Assembly (NCBI GenBank): GCA_029255365.1 | Contig: JAPFQF010000036.1 | Coordinates: 30,237-94,236, forward strand | Source: Nitrosopumilus sp. | GTDB lineage: Archaea > Thermoproteota > Nitrososphaeria > Nitrososphaerales > Nitrosopumilaceae | DNA length: 64,000 nt | Reading direction: 5' to 3' | Shown here: piece after piece, positions 49,491-59,083 of the stretch | Numbering within the stretch: the first letter of the stretch is position 1 | Layout of the letters: every line of letters begins with the position of its first letter | Position numbers and translations under genes: made by a program | The notes under the pieces: generated by a model | Databases searched by the model: none | The model's input: the letters and a program-made list of their open reading frames with translations, nothing else | Told to the model about the DNA's origin: nothing

Positions 49491-50261
49491 TTAGGCTGAT
49501 TGTTCCAAGGCCCATTCGTAGCCCTCTGCTTCCAGCTTGTCTGCAAGTGACGCGTCTCCCGTTTTCAACACTTGGCCTCTGGCAAACACGTGAACAAAGT
49601 CTAGTTTGTCTAAGAATTTTAAAATTCTTGCATAGTGTGTGATTATGATTATTGTTGCATCCTTGCCTGCAACTTTGCTGATTGCCTTGGCTACTGCCTG
49701 AACTGCATCTATGTCTAACCCTGAATCTGGTTCGTCTAGAATTGAAATTTTTGGTTTTAATACTGCCATCTGCAATACTTCGGCACGTTTCTTTTCGCCT
49801 CCTGAGAATCCCTCGTTAAGATATCTTGAAAGAAATTCTTCTCTCAGTCCTACTTTTTCCAGGTTTTCTTTGAGGTATTTTTGAAATTCTCTTACTGTGA
49901 TGAACACTTCTCTATCGTCTCCTTCAAGCGCTTTACTTAGGGAATTGTACGCTGTTCTTAGAAAGTGAGAGAATCCAACGCCTGAAACTTCGGTTGGGTA
50001 TTGAAATCCCAAGAATAGTCCTTTCTTTGCTCTTTCATCAGCTGACAGGCCTAGTATGCTTTCGCCGTCTATCAAAATATCCCCCTTGGTAACTACGTAT
50101 TTTGGATGTGCAAGCAATGTGTAAGCTAGAGTGCTTTTTCCTGAGCCGTTTGGTCCCATGATGGCGTGTACTTCCCCCGGACCTGTTTTCAAATTGACAC
50201 CTTTGAGAATCTCCTTACCTTCTATTGATACGTGAAGATCTTTGATTTCTAAGACTGCCAT
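49491..50261 (-). CDS. sufC: Fe-S assembly ATPase SufC
   Basis: HAIMGPNGSGKST, FQYP, NEGFSGGEKKR, DSGLDIDA. Confidence 0.96.
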   Translation of the reverse strand: MAVLEIKDLHVSIEGKEILKGVNLKTGPGEVHAIMGPNGSGKSTLAYTLLAHPKYVVTKGDILIDGESILGLSADERAKKGLFLGFQYPTEVSGVGFSHFLRTAYNSLSKALEGDDREVFITVREFQKYLKENLEKVGLREEFLSRYLNEGFSGGEKKRAEVLQMAVLKPKISILDEPDSGLDIDAVQAVAKAISKVAGKDATIIIITHYARILKFLDKLDFVHVFARGQVLKTGDASLADKLEAEGYEWALEQSA

Positions 50262-50301
50262 GTCAAAATTTGTTTTGATTCTCTATATAATACCGACGAA
50301 A

Positions 50302-50315
50302 TTTAGCTAATCCTA
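50302..50315. promoter_or_regulatory. TTTAGCTnnnnCTA box upstream of sufC
   Basis: TTTAGCTAATCCTA, matching the sufB boxes. Confidence 0.5.
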
Positions 50316-50356
50316 ATCGTAATGATTGATAATAAAATGAAAAGAGGGGGGTGTAG

Positions 50357-51313
50357 TTATTGGGCCAGAGATGGTCTCAAAGTAATTTTGAGTTTGTAGC
50401 ATGTTAGAATTTCTTTACATCTGTTTCTGATAGTGACTTCTGTAACTCCTGCAACACTTGAAACATCTCTTTGTAGGACGTTTTGACCAAGTAGAACTGA
50501 TGCTACATACAGATATGCTGCGGCTATTCCGTTAGGTGCCTTTCCGTCAGCAATGCTGCTGTCTTTAGTTTTTTCTGCAATTTCCAAGGCTAGTCTTTCA
50601 ACTCTTACCTCGGTTTGCGTCATGTTGGCTATCTTTGAGATGTATTTGTTCATGGTTACAACTGGGGCGTGTACTTGTCCCATTTCCATTACCATGGTTC
50701 TATAGTATCTAGCTGCAAGCTTTGTCTTTGATTTGACATCTTTTGCTGGACAAATTCCTCGGCAAATTTCTTCTAATGATCTTACCACTTCGCATTGTTT
50801 GCATGCCATGTAGATTGTGGCAGCTGTGATACACACTACTGATTTTCCTTTCACATCAATATGCCCATCCAAGTTTCTGTATATCATAGAAGCAGTTTCC
50901 AACACATTCCTTGAAAGGTTTAGACCGTCACACGTTTCGCCCATTTTTGCTAAAACATTTGCCAATCGCCTCTCTTTTGGTGAGGAAACTCGTACTCTTT
51001 GTTGCCATTTCCTGAGATTGTTCATCTGTCCTGCAACTTCGCGGTTTATTGTTTTTCCACTAAAGTCTTTTGAACTGATTGAAATCTCGGTAGTTATTCC
51101 CAGGTCGTGTTGGGAATAGGTTGTTTGTCCTGTTGCTCTTGCAAGCTTCATCTTGTCTTCGTAGGTTGAGCTTACTGTTTCTGGACCAAAATCTGCAATC
51201 TGATCATCGACGACAACGCCGCAACCAGAGCAGATTATTTCACCATTCTGTATGTCGTCCACCAGTGTGGACTTGCATTCAGGACAGTTTTGTTTTTCTA
51301 GTATGTTCATCAT
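50357..51313 (-). CDS. tfb: Transcription initiation factor IIB
   Basis: CPEC...CSGCG Zn ribbon, LRKWQ, cyclin repeats, GVTEVTIRNR. Confidence 0.95.
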   Translation of the reverse strand: MMNILEKQNCPECKSTLVDDIQNGEIICSGCGVVVDDQIADFGPETVSSTYEDKMKLARATGQTTYSQHDLGITTEISISSKDFSGKTINREVAGQMNNLRKWQQRVRVSSPKERRLANVLAKMGETCDGLNLSRNVLETASMIYRNLDGHIDVKGKSVVCITAATIYMACKQCEVVRSLEEICRGICPAKDVKSKTKLAARYYRTMVMEMGQVHAPVVTMNKYISKIANMTQTEVRVERLALEIAEKTKDSSIADGKAPNGIAAAYLYVASVLLGQNVLQRDVSSVAGVTEVTIRNRCKEILTCYKLKITLRPSLAQ

Positions 51314-51576
51314 TTTTTTCTCCTAAATCTTTTTGGTGTGTTAGCAGGAGATTCTTGATCGGCAAAAACTTTTTTGCCGATGTATTTTTGTATACTGTTA
51401 GTTAATGGCGTTGCTGATGCAAACGGCCTATTTATTGGACCTATCAGTTCATTTACTTTTGCAACTCTAGTTCCCGTTTTGTCACAGAGTATCTGTCCTT
51501 CAGCTAATTCCACTGATAGTTGAACGATTACCCTGCCACTGGCGGCTAGGTGCATTATTTCGCCTACCTCCTGCAA
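51310..51576 (-). CDS. gar1: H/ACA RNP protein Gar1/Naf1
   Basis: VAKVNELIGPINRPF; typical gar1-tfb linkage. Confidence 0.85.
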   Translation of the reverse strand: MQEVGEIMHLAASGRVIVQLSVELAEGQILCDKTGTRVAKVNELIGPINRPFASATPLTNSIQKYIGKKVFADQESPANTPKRFRRKK

Positions 51577-51649
51577 TTAGTTATACAATTATTGTATTCT
51601 TATCATAGACTTCTGTCAACTTTACTTTAGCTAAGAGCTAGAATTCATT

Positions 51650-51949
51650 TTATTTTGGCTGTTTTGATCTTTTTACCACTAGTTTCTCTGCAATTTTGTT
51701 GAGAATTTTTGTCTTGGAGGATTCTTTTGGCACGATGACGTATCCTGACCTTACGAACGGCCTCTTTGGGAATCTTACTTTGTCGTCTGACTCTGTAATT
51801 TCAAATCCTCCCGCCGTTGTTGCGTCCATTAATTCTTTTAACGAGGGATCAAAAACGCATTTTTCTAATCCCACCCTTCTGCCTTTTGATCTTTTTAAAT
51901 TCTTGTTAAAATAATCCAACCAGATTACGACATGCTCGTAATCTTTCAT
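51650..51949 (-). CDS. srp19: Signal recognition particle protein SRP19
   Basis: VIWLDYFN...GRRV...P. Confidence 0.9.
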   Translation of the reverse strand: MKDYEHVVIWLDYFNKNLKRSKGRRVGLEKCVFDPSLKELMDATTAGGFEITESDDKVRFPKRPFVRSGYVIVPKESSKTKILNKIAEKLVVKRSKQPK

Positions 51950-51950
51950 T

Positions 51951-52334
51951 TTATTCCTTTAGTAAAATTGCGTTGACGATTCCGTTTTGTCCTGGTTTTG
52001 AAACAACTCTGCACTTTCCATCTGCCGTTTCAAGAATTGCACCTTTTGTAATGATGCCACGTCTTTTGTAATCATTGTTTGTAGTGTTTTCTAGTACTTT
52101 GATTATTTTTGATTTCTTTACTTTGGCCTCACCTGTTGCCAAATTAACAAAGTCTATTGATTTCAAAGCTGTTTTTTGATTGTTGCCTCTAATTCTTCTG
52201 GTCACTGTAACCTGAGCTCCGTTGGTTGGCTCGTTTGGATATCTGTCTATTTCGTATTTTCTTCTAATTCTAAGTGGAATTCTTCTTCCGCCAGTAATTT
52301 TACTGGTTGCCAAATTCTCTACGGATTTTCTCAC
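51951..52334 (-). CDS. rps8e: 30S ribosomal protein S8e
   Basis: KITGG, RRKYE, IITKGAI, SKPGQNG. Confidence 0.95.
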   Translation of the reverse strand: MRKSVENLATSKITGGRRIPLRIRRKYEIDRYPNEPTNGAQVTVTRRIRGNNQKTALKSIDFVNLATGEAKVKKSKIIKVLENTTNNDYKRRGIITKGAILETADGKCRVVSKPGQNGIVNAILLKE

Positions 52335-52401
52335 GAATTGTCTCTGAATTACTCTAATTTATACAAAACGCAAAAAATTAGCCGTGAGTTAAAAACTCTG
52401 T

Positions 52402-52977
52402 CTAGTTGACTTCTGATGCTATGGGTGGCGTCGGAGTTGTCTGTCTGTTCGCTGTTTTTCTTATTTTGGAGAACAGTCTTTGCTTGAGATCTTCAACGTC
52501 CCCTTGAATCCCAAAATATTTTTGGAATTTTTCAGTTGTCGTAAAAATTTTTAATCGCCCTACATTTTGATGGCTAATGTAATCCAGATGTCGTAATTCT
52601 TTGAGATGTGCATATACTCCAGATCCTCTTGTTTCAAGAAGTTGTTTTGACGAGATTGGTTGCATGTATGCTATGTATGATAATGTTTTGAGCGTTGCGT
52701 TTGGAAGAACTGGTTTTGACGCATATTTTTTTACCATGGAGCTGTACTCTGGTTTTAATTGCATTACATAAGATCCGTCTGGAAGTATCACTATTTCCAA
52801 TGCTTTGAATGCTGATTTTGTTTTTTTCATGATGATGTCAAGTAATTCCAGGGTTTTTGTTTTGGATTCTGTGCCTGAAGCCCGTATGATGTCCTCGATT
52901 ACAAGCGGTCTTCCTGCAGAATAAAGCGCTGCTTCTATTCTTGCAGTTGCCTCGTCTTGATTGTCTATTTTTACCAT
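52402..52977 (-). CDS. scpB: SMC-Scp complex subunit ScpB
   Basis: IEAALY, TLSYIAYMQP, TTEKFQKYFG. Confidence 0.92.
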   Translation of the reverse strand: MVKIDNQDEATARIEAALYSAGRPLVIEDIIRASGTESKTKTLELLDIIMKKTKSAFKALEIVILPDGSYVMQLKPEYSSMVKKYASKPVLPNATLKTLSYIAYMQPISSKQLLETRGSGVYAHLKELRHLDYISHQNVGRLKIFTTTEKFQKYFGIQGDVEDLKQRLFSKIRKTANRQTTPTPPIASEVN

Positions 52978-52993
52978 TTTTATTCGCCTTTGA

Positions 52994-53671
52994 TCAGTTT
53001 GCCAACTCGTCTTTCATGATGATAATTTTTATGTCGTCTTCTGCCTGCTCGAGGTCTACCCTCTGATCTCTTGCCAAAAACAATGCTGCAAAGAAACATC
53101 TGATTGAATCGACTTGATCGAGGTCTGCAATTATGTCTTGTAATAATCCAAACCCTGCCGCACTGATTTTTTTCATAATGAGATCTTCGTATTTCCCTAT
53201 GATACTTTCAAGTGAGATGAAAAACTCGTTGAAATCGGGTGCTACAATTGGCTCTATTTCCAACTGTCTATTTCGTCTTGATTGCGGATTTGCAATTGTA
53301 CCTATGAGATTCTGCAACAATCCTAGCAAATCATCTAGTGAGACCGGATATGTGGATTCATGTCTGTATGGGATATCTATTAACTCAATATCTACATCTG
53401 TTCTTTGATACATTGGCTTTTTTTCCATTGCTGCTTTTTGCAATGCAAAAATACTTTCCACTTTCATCCTGTAAATTAATGATGAGGACAATGCCGCCAT
53501 TCCTGCCACTTTAAGATCTTTATTGCCTGTCTTTTCAAGAATTTTTATTAACAAATTCAAAATTTGAATTAGATCTATTTCCCAAACGTCTTTTTTGACA
53601 ACAGATGACGGACTAAATAGAATGTTTACCGGTTCTTGAGAAATGCTATCTGGAGTTTGTGATTCACTCAC
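52994..53671 (-). CDS. scpA: Kleisin ScpA
   Basis: DVWEIDL, MKVE, FFAALFLA...LEQ. Confidence 0.85.
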   Translation of the reverse strand: MSESQTPDSISQEPVNILFSPSSVVKKDVWEIDLIQILNLLIKILEKTGNKDLKVAGMAALSSSLIYRMKVESIFALQKAAMEKKPMYQRTDVDIELIDIPYRHESTYPVSLDDLLGLLQNLIGTIANPQSRRNRQLEIEPIVAPDFNEFFISLESIIGKYEDLIMKKISAAGFGLLQDIIADLDQVDSIRCFFAALFLARDQRVDLEQAEDDIKIIIMKDELAN

Positions 53672-53765
53672 ATCATTCCTCTTTGTCTATTCAATAATAT
53701 CTAAGGGCTCTATTTTTTTCTCACATCCAGTCAACTCTTATATTGTTAGAGTGGAAAATTGAATT

Positions 53766-54818
53766 ATGAAATCTGCCAGGATCTTAGCTCCAAACGAGCC
53801 TCTCGCAGTATCTGAAAGCGAGACTCCGAAACCTCAAGGTCTGCAAGTTCTAGTCAAAGTAAATTCTGTCGGCATATGTCACAGTGATTTACATTTGTGG
53901 GAAGGAGGATATGACCTAGGTGATGGGCAGTTCATGAAAGTGACTGACAGAGGAGTAAAATACCCTGTAACTCCTGGCCATGAGATTGTGGGAACTGTTG
54001 AAGAAATTGGGGACGGTGTTTCTGAAGTTGCAAAGGGAGATCAAGTTTTAATTTTTCCATGGATTGGATGCGGTGAATGCCCTGCTTGCACGGTAGGAAA
54101 TGAAAATTTATGCGATACCCCGAAATCTATGGGTGTTTTTCAAGATGGCGGCTATTCTGATTATGCTTTAATCCCAGATTCAAAATATTTGGCAAAACTT
54201 GACGGTGTGGACAAAGATGCCGCCACCTCACTTGCTTGTTCTGGACTCACAGCATACACTGCGATTAAAAAAGCAAATCAAAATTCTCCCGAGTTTATGG
54301 TGATTGTTGGAGCTGGCGGTTTAGGGTTGATGGGGGTCCAAATTGCAAAAGCCATAACTGGCGCAAAAATCATCTGCGTTGACTTGGATGATCAAAAATT
54401 AGACATCGCTAAAGGAATGGGTGCGGACTTTACAGTAAACTCCAAAGATCCTGAAACATCTCAAAAGATAATGTCTATTTGTAATGGTAAGGGTGCAGAC
54501 AGCGTTGTGGACTTTGTAAATGCCCCACCAACTGCAAAATTGGATTTTGCAATTCTTAGAAAGCGAGGCAATTTGGTTCTTGTCGGCTTGTTTGGAGGTT
54601 CCATCGAACTGTCTTTGGTGACAATTCCTTTGAAATCTATTACTATCCAAGGGGCATATACTGGAAATTATGCCGACATGGTGGAACTGCTTGACCTTGC
54701 ACGAAAGGGTACGATAAATCCCGTAATTTCAAAAAGATATTCTTTGGATGAGGCAAATAATGCCCTGGAAGATCTTAAAGCCAGAAAAATTATTGGGCGT
54801 GCTGTAATAAACCCATAA
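53766..54818 (+). CDS. Zinc-dependent alcohol dehydrogenase
   Basis: GICHSD, GHE, CGECPAC...C, GAGGLG. Confidence 0.95.
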   Translation: MKSARILAPNEPLAVSESETPKPQGLQVLVKVNSVGICHSDLHLWEGGYDLGDGQFMKVTDRGVKYPVTPGHEIVGTVEEIGDGVSEVAKGDQVLIFPWIGCGECPACTVGNENLCDTPKSMGVFQDGGYSDYALIPDSKYLAKLDGVDKDAATSLACSGLTAYTAIKKANQNSPEFMVIVGAGGLGLMGVQIAKAITGAKIICVDLDDQKLDIAKGMGADFTVNSKDPETSQKIMSICNGKGADSVVDFVNAPPTAKLDFAILRKRGNLVLVGLFGGSIELSLVTIPLKSITIQGAYTGNYADMVELLDLARKGTINPVISKRYSLDEANNALEDLKARKIIGRAVINP

Positions 54819-54863
54819 TTCGATATACTGCCACAAAATTTTATAACAGAAAAAAATTGAGTA

Positions 54864-55619
54864 TTGTTGTTGGATACCAAGACAAGCTGTGAAGTCGCAT
54901 TAACACATCTCAAAAATAAGCAATTCATAACTGCTCACATGCTTTTTCTAAATCAAGCTGAATCCCTGAAAAAAACAGAATTTCTGAAATCCGCTTTGCT
55001 GTATATGCTGGCAAATGAGTGCAAGACTCGACAGGGAAAAGTTTCTGAAAATGAAATCCGGGAAGCGAGTGATCTGTTTTTAAAATATTCAAATGCAAAA
55101 AATTCTACAAATGTAAGAGGTGCGCTGCTGTGCGCCTCAAAATGTCTTCTGAGTCTGGGCGAATTTGACAAAGCTAAAGCCGTATATCAAAAGGCTAAAT
55201 CAATGATCCAATCTTCTGTTCCTGTTACACGGCCAATTGTAATCATTGATGACAGCAAGGCGATTACAATGAAACTACAAACATATGCAAAAAAATTAGG
55301 ATATTCAGAAATCCATGTTTTTGAAAATGGCAAAGATGGCTTGACCGGATGTAAAAAATTATTTTCTGAAAATAAAGAACCTGTGGTTTTACTTGACATG
55401 GGGTTGCCTGATCTGGGGGGTGACGTAATTGCTACTAAATTACTGAAAGAAAAAATCAGTTTGCAAATAATCGTTATCACCGCAGATGAAAAAACAACTT
55501 CGCGTGTCAATAAAACAATCAGTACTGGAGTTTCAGCCTTTATTCAAAAACCATTCACTCTTGATGAGCTCAAAAAAGCTATAGATGTCGCAGAATCTGA
55601 ATACTCGCTACTACAATAA
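54864..55619 (+). CDS. Response regulator (helical-repeat N-domain plus REC)
   Basis: IIDD, LLDMGLPD, ITA, KPF. Confidence 0.85.
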   Translation: MLLDTKTSCEVALTHLKNKQFITAHMLFLNQAESLKKTEFLKSALLYMLANECKTRQGKVSENEIREASDLFLKYSNAKNSTNVRGALLCASKCLLSLGEFDKAKAVYQKAKSMIQSSVPVTRPIVIIDDSKAITMKLQTYAKKLGYSEIHVFENGKDGLTGCKKLFSENKEPVVLLDMGLPDLGGDVIATKLLKEKISLQIIVITADEKTTSRVNKTISTGVSAFIQKPFTLDELKKAIDVAESEYSLLQ

Positions 55620-56112
55620 CAGCAATGACATGTTCAGAATGCTCACATCTTTAATGTCTATTTCGTTTATCCTGTAGTCTATCAGTTCGTCTGAAAATTT
55701 CTCCACTATTTTCTGTGACGTGTTTATTTTTTCTGAATTAATCTGTAGTAACACCAACATGTTCCACTCGCCTTCCATGTTTGACACCATGAGATAGTTG
55801 TCTAGTTTTGTAATGTAATCCCTGATTGAATCTTTGACCGCTTCAAGTGATTTAGAGGGTTTTAGTTTCATCAAAACTGCTTGATACTCATTAATTCCAG
55901 ACACGTCCGTTAGAACTGCTTTGTACCCTTTGATGATGCCCGCTTTTTTCTAACCTTTCTATTCTTTTTCTAATTGTTCTGTCTGAAACATCGTGGTCTA
56001 CTTTTTTTAATGCGTCTGCTATTTCTTTTGATGGGGTTCTGGCATTACTGTTGAGAATTTCTATTATTTTTTGATCAACCTTGTCCAGATTTGACCATGC
56101 ATCTTCACTCAT
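55611..56112 (-). pseudogene. Lrp/AsnC family regulator with a +1 frameshift near 55940-55949
   Basis: HTH (LDKVDQKII...TIRKRIERLEK) and GIIKGYKAVL + effector domain lie in different frames; 502 nt = 3n+1. Confidence 0.85.
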
Positions 56113-56323
56113 ATCTCCCCAAAGATGTGATGCCTTTTGAATTTTTGGTTTATTTGTACCAATTTCCATGGTTGGAATTTAGAATCTTCTAAAATTCAAC
56201 CCGATTCCAATGTTTTTTGATCTTCTGGACTGCGTGATTGAATCGGATTCAGGTGGATTTTGTTGTGTGTCAATTTGTCTAGATTACCATACCAGTTATA
56301 TGCTCATAATCGAAATACACGAT

Positions 56324-56635
56324 ATGGGTAAGCGCCAAGTAAAAAATGAAAGTGCATTAAAAGAAATTAGATTGCCTGAAGAAGGCGAACTTTTTGGGCG
56401 TGTTTTGAAAATGATGGGCGGAGAAAATGTGATGATAAAATGCGATGATAATATTACCCGACGTGGAAGAATTAGGGGCAAACTAAAGAGAAGAGTTTGG
56501 ATTAGGGATAATGACATTGTGATAATAGCACCTTGGGATTTTAAACAAGACGAACGTGGCGACATTGTTTGGAGGTTTACACTTCCTCAAGTTGAATGGC
56601 TCAAAACACAAAATCATATTCCGAAAGATTTCTAG
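56324..56635 (+). CDS. eif1a: Translation initiation factor aIF-1A
   Basis: RGRIRGKLKRRVWIRDNDIVIIAPWDF. Confidence 0.95.
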   Translation: MGKRQVKNESALKEIRLPEEGELFGRVLKMMGGENVMIKCDDNITRRGRIRGKLKRRVWIRDNDIVIIAPWDFKQDERGDIVWRFTLPQVEWLKTQNHIPKDF

Positions 56636-56705
56636 TCCTTTACTTTTAGCTTAGTTTTCTTTCGATATCTTAGTTAATATAGTGAACATGTTGCTTGAAT
56701 ATCAA

Positions 56706-56897
56706 ATGGAACAAGGCACCGTAAAATGGTTTAACCGTACTAAGGGCTTTGGTTTTGTCGAGAGAGAAGGTGGAGACGATCTGTTTGTTCACAAATCAGA
56801 TGTTGACGGATTCATCAACGAAGGCGACAAAGTCGAGTTTGAAGTAGGCGAAGGTCAAAAAGGACCAGCAGCTCAAAAAGTTAAAAAAATAGAATAG
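56706..56897 (+). CDS. csp: Cold-shock domain protein
   Basis: GTVKWFN, KGFGF, LFVH, KGPAA. Confidence 0.95.
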   Translation: MEQGTVKWFNRTKGFGFVEREGGDDLFVHKSDVDGFINEGDKVEFEVGEGQKGPAAQKVKKIE

Positions 56898-56985
56898 ACA
56901 ATGAATTTTTAAATTAAGATTTCATCTTTGTTTTCTTAACCTAGTCTTTCTTTTTATTATTTTTAAAATTATTTTAAAAAATCTG

Positions 56986-57112
56986 TGGTCCCGCGGGGCG
57001 GAGTTGAACCACCGACAACCCGGTTTCTGTATGCCTGATGGGCTGTTTTTCGTTTAGCCATCTAAAGCCAACAACTACAGCCAGGAGCTCTACCAGGCTG
57101 AGCTACCACGGG
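56986..57112 (-). tRNA. tRNA-Tyr(GTA) with 50-nt canonical intron (57025-57074) and encoded CCA
   Basis: CCCGTGG/CCGCGGG acceptor, CCTGG-CT-GTA-G[intron]A-CCGGG; BHB central helix CTGT/ACAG. Confidence 0.93.
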
Positions 57113-57220
57113 ACAAAAAAATGAGGAACTCTGCTATTAAAAAACTATCGTAGATGGTTCAAATGTTGATCGTTGTGATCAGTATATGCATAAATACTCT
57201 GAAAAGTTTTTCAATTTGTA

Positions 57221-57832
57221 ATGTTGAAACAGGCGTTATCTTATTCTGGATACGTATGTGCACCATATTTACACACTCATGATTCTGTTGTACTAAAGGA
57301 TACTTGGATAAATTCAAAAAATATCGAGAAACTATACTTTGTCACTGGAACATTTTCTAGTGACAGTAAACCGTATTTTTCAAATTCCACAAATCATTAC
57401 ATCTTGGCCAAATTCAAAGACAGTGAACAAATCTCAAAAGATCTGACCATTCACAATCACGAGAAAACATCTTTCGTGTTTAACATCAAGGATGGTCTCT
57501 TTCAAAGGGAAGTCGAAGGCAATACGAATTTCATATCTATTTACTATTTGGAATACGGTGATGACGGTGATGGCTTGCAGGAAATTGCAAATCTCTTGTT
57601 GAAAAGAAACAAAATTGGGATAGCCGGACTGGGAAACATGATCACATTTTGCTTAACTCCTCCAAAATTCACATTTCCATATTCTGAAAACATTGTAGTG
57701 CTTGAAGTTACGAGTGAAAAGAGTCATCAGAGTGTAAGCAAATACTGTGATCAAACTAGGCGAGACATTAATCGAAAAGGAATGACTATGACTAGTTTGA
57801 TGAATCTTTCGATTCTTGAGACCCTAAAGTAG
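57221..57832 (+). CDS. Hypothetical protein
   Basis: 203-aa ORF. Confidence 0.72.
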   Translation: MLKQALSYSGYVCAPYLHTHDSVVLKDTWINSKNIEKLYFVTGTFSSDSKPYFSNSTNHYILAKFKDSEQISKDLTIHNHEKTSFVFNIKDGLFQREVEGNTNFISIYYLEYGDDGDGLQEIANLLLKRNKIGIAGLGNMITFCLTPPKFTFPYSENIVVLEVTSEKSHQSVSKYCDQTRRDINRKGMTMTSLMNLSILETLK

Positions 57833-57865
57833 AAAAGTTAAATATTCGACCAAAAACTCTTTTTC

Positions 57866-58279
57866 ATGAGTAAACCATCTGACCTCGGTTCATTGAAAAT
57901 TGGGTCTTACATTTTGTTACCTCACTCTGATCAACCAAGTGGGGAACCGTGCAGAATTGTAGAATATGATACTTCAAAACCTGGTAAACACGGTGCGGCA
58001 AAAGCAAGAATTGTAGGTCAGGGTGTTTTTGATGGTCAAAAAAGACCACATGTTGGTCCAGTCAGTATGCAGATTCACATCCCTCTGATTAACAAAAAAG
58101 TTGGCCAAATAATCTCGGTTATTGGCGATACAATCCAAGTTATGGATTCTGAATCATTTGAGACTATTGACATTTCTTTGATTGACGATGAAATCAAAGG
58201 CAAATTGGTAAACGGTCAAAATGTCGAATACTGGGTTGTAATGGATAGAACTAAAATAATGCGTCTTAAGAGCGATTGA
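57866..58279 (+). CDS. eif5a: Translation factor aIF-5A
   Basis: SKPGKHGAAK hypusine motif. Confidence 0.97.
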   Translation: MSKPSDLGSLKIGSYILLPHSDQPSGEPCRIVEYDTSKPGKHGAAKARIVGQGVFDGQKRPHVGPVSMQIHIPLINKKVGQIISVIGDTIQVMDSESFETIDISLIDDEIKGKLVNGQNVEYWVVMDRTKIMRLKSD

Positions 58280-58280
58280 G

Positions 58281-58344
58281 GATGCTAATGATTATCGGAA
58301 AAGCCGTCTGATTCTATGATGACGATTATGAGTATTGAAGCATC
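58281..58344 (+). ncRNA. C/D-box sRNA, predicted guide for Cm34 of a CAU-anticodon tRNA
   Basis: GATGCT stem, C ATGATTA, 13-nt guide, D' CTGA, C' ATGATGA, guide CGATTATGAGTA, D TTGA, AGCATC stem. Confidence 0.68.
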
Positions 58345-58393
58345 TCTTTTCAATAAACATGAAAAATTTATTGAGTTAAATATTTTTTAGATA

Positions 58394-59083
58394 ATGAAAT
58401 TAGCTTCTCTTTTTTCGGGAGGAAAAGATAGCACATATGCAATTCATGCTGCTAAAAAACAAGGGCATGAAATAAAATGCCTCTTGAGCATTTTTCCAAA
58501 ATCCGATGAAAGCCATCTGCTACATCATCCAAACATGAGATGGACAAAGTTACAATCGCAGTCAATGAATATCCCGCAATTGACAATCACTTCAAATTCC
58601 GATGAAACTGATGATGAATTGTCGCTGATTGAAAACCTACTGCATGATGCAAAAGATCAATTTCAAATAGACGGACTGGTTCACGGTGGAATAAAAAGTG
58701 AATTTCAAAAAGAAAAATTTGAAAGCGTTTGTTCAAAATTAGATCTGACTGTAATTGCGCCTTTGTGGGGATCTGATCCTGAACATTACATGAATGAGTT
58801 GATTGATTCAAAGTTTAATTTTATTATGACTACTGTGTCATCTGACGGGTTGGATGATTCTTGGTTGGGAAAAACAATTTCAAAATCAGACATACTCCAA
58901 TTGAAACATCTGTCTGAAAAATTCGGTTTTAATTTAAATTTTGAAGGGGGCGAGGCTGAAACATTTGTAATCAATTGCCCACTCTTTGCAAATTCGATCA
59001 AAATTAATCAATCTCAAAAAAAATGGGATGGGTATCGAGGAAGGTTTGAAATAGTGGACGCGGGGTTGAATTTCAATGCTTGA
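58394..59083 (+). CDS. Diphthine-ammonia ligase (Dph6)
   Basis: LFSGGKDS, APLW, EGGEAETFV. Confidence 0.9.
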   Translation: MKLASLFSGGKDSTYAIHAAKKQGHEIKCLLSIFPKSDESHLLHHPNMRWTKLQSQSMNIPQLTITSNSDETDDELSLIENLLHDAKDQFQIDGLVHGGIKSEFQKEKFESVCSKLDLTVIAPLWGSDPEHYMNELIDSKFNFIMTTVSSDGLDDSWLGKTISKSDILQLKHLSEKFGFNLNFEGGEAETFVINCPLFANSIKINQSQKKWDGYRGRFEIVDAGLNFNA

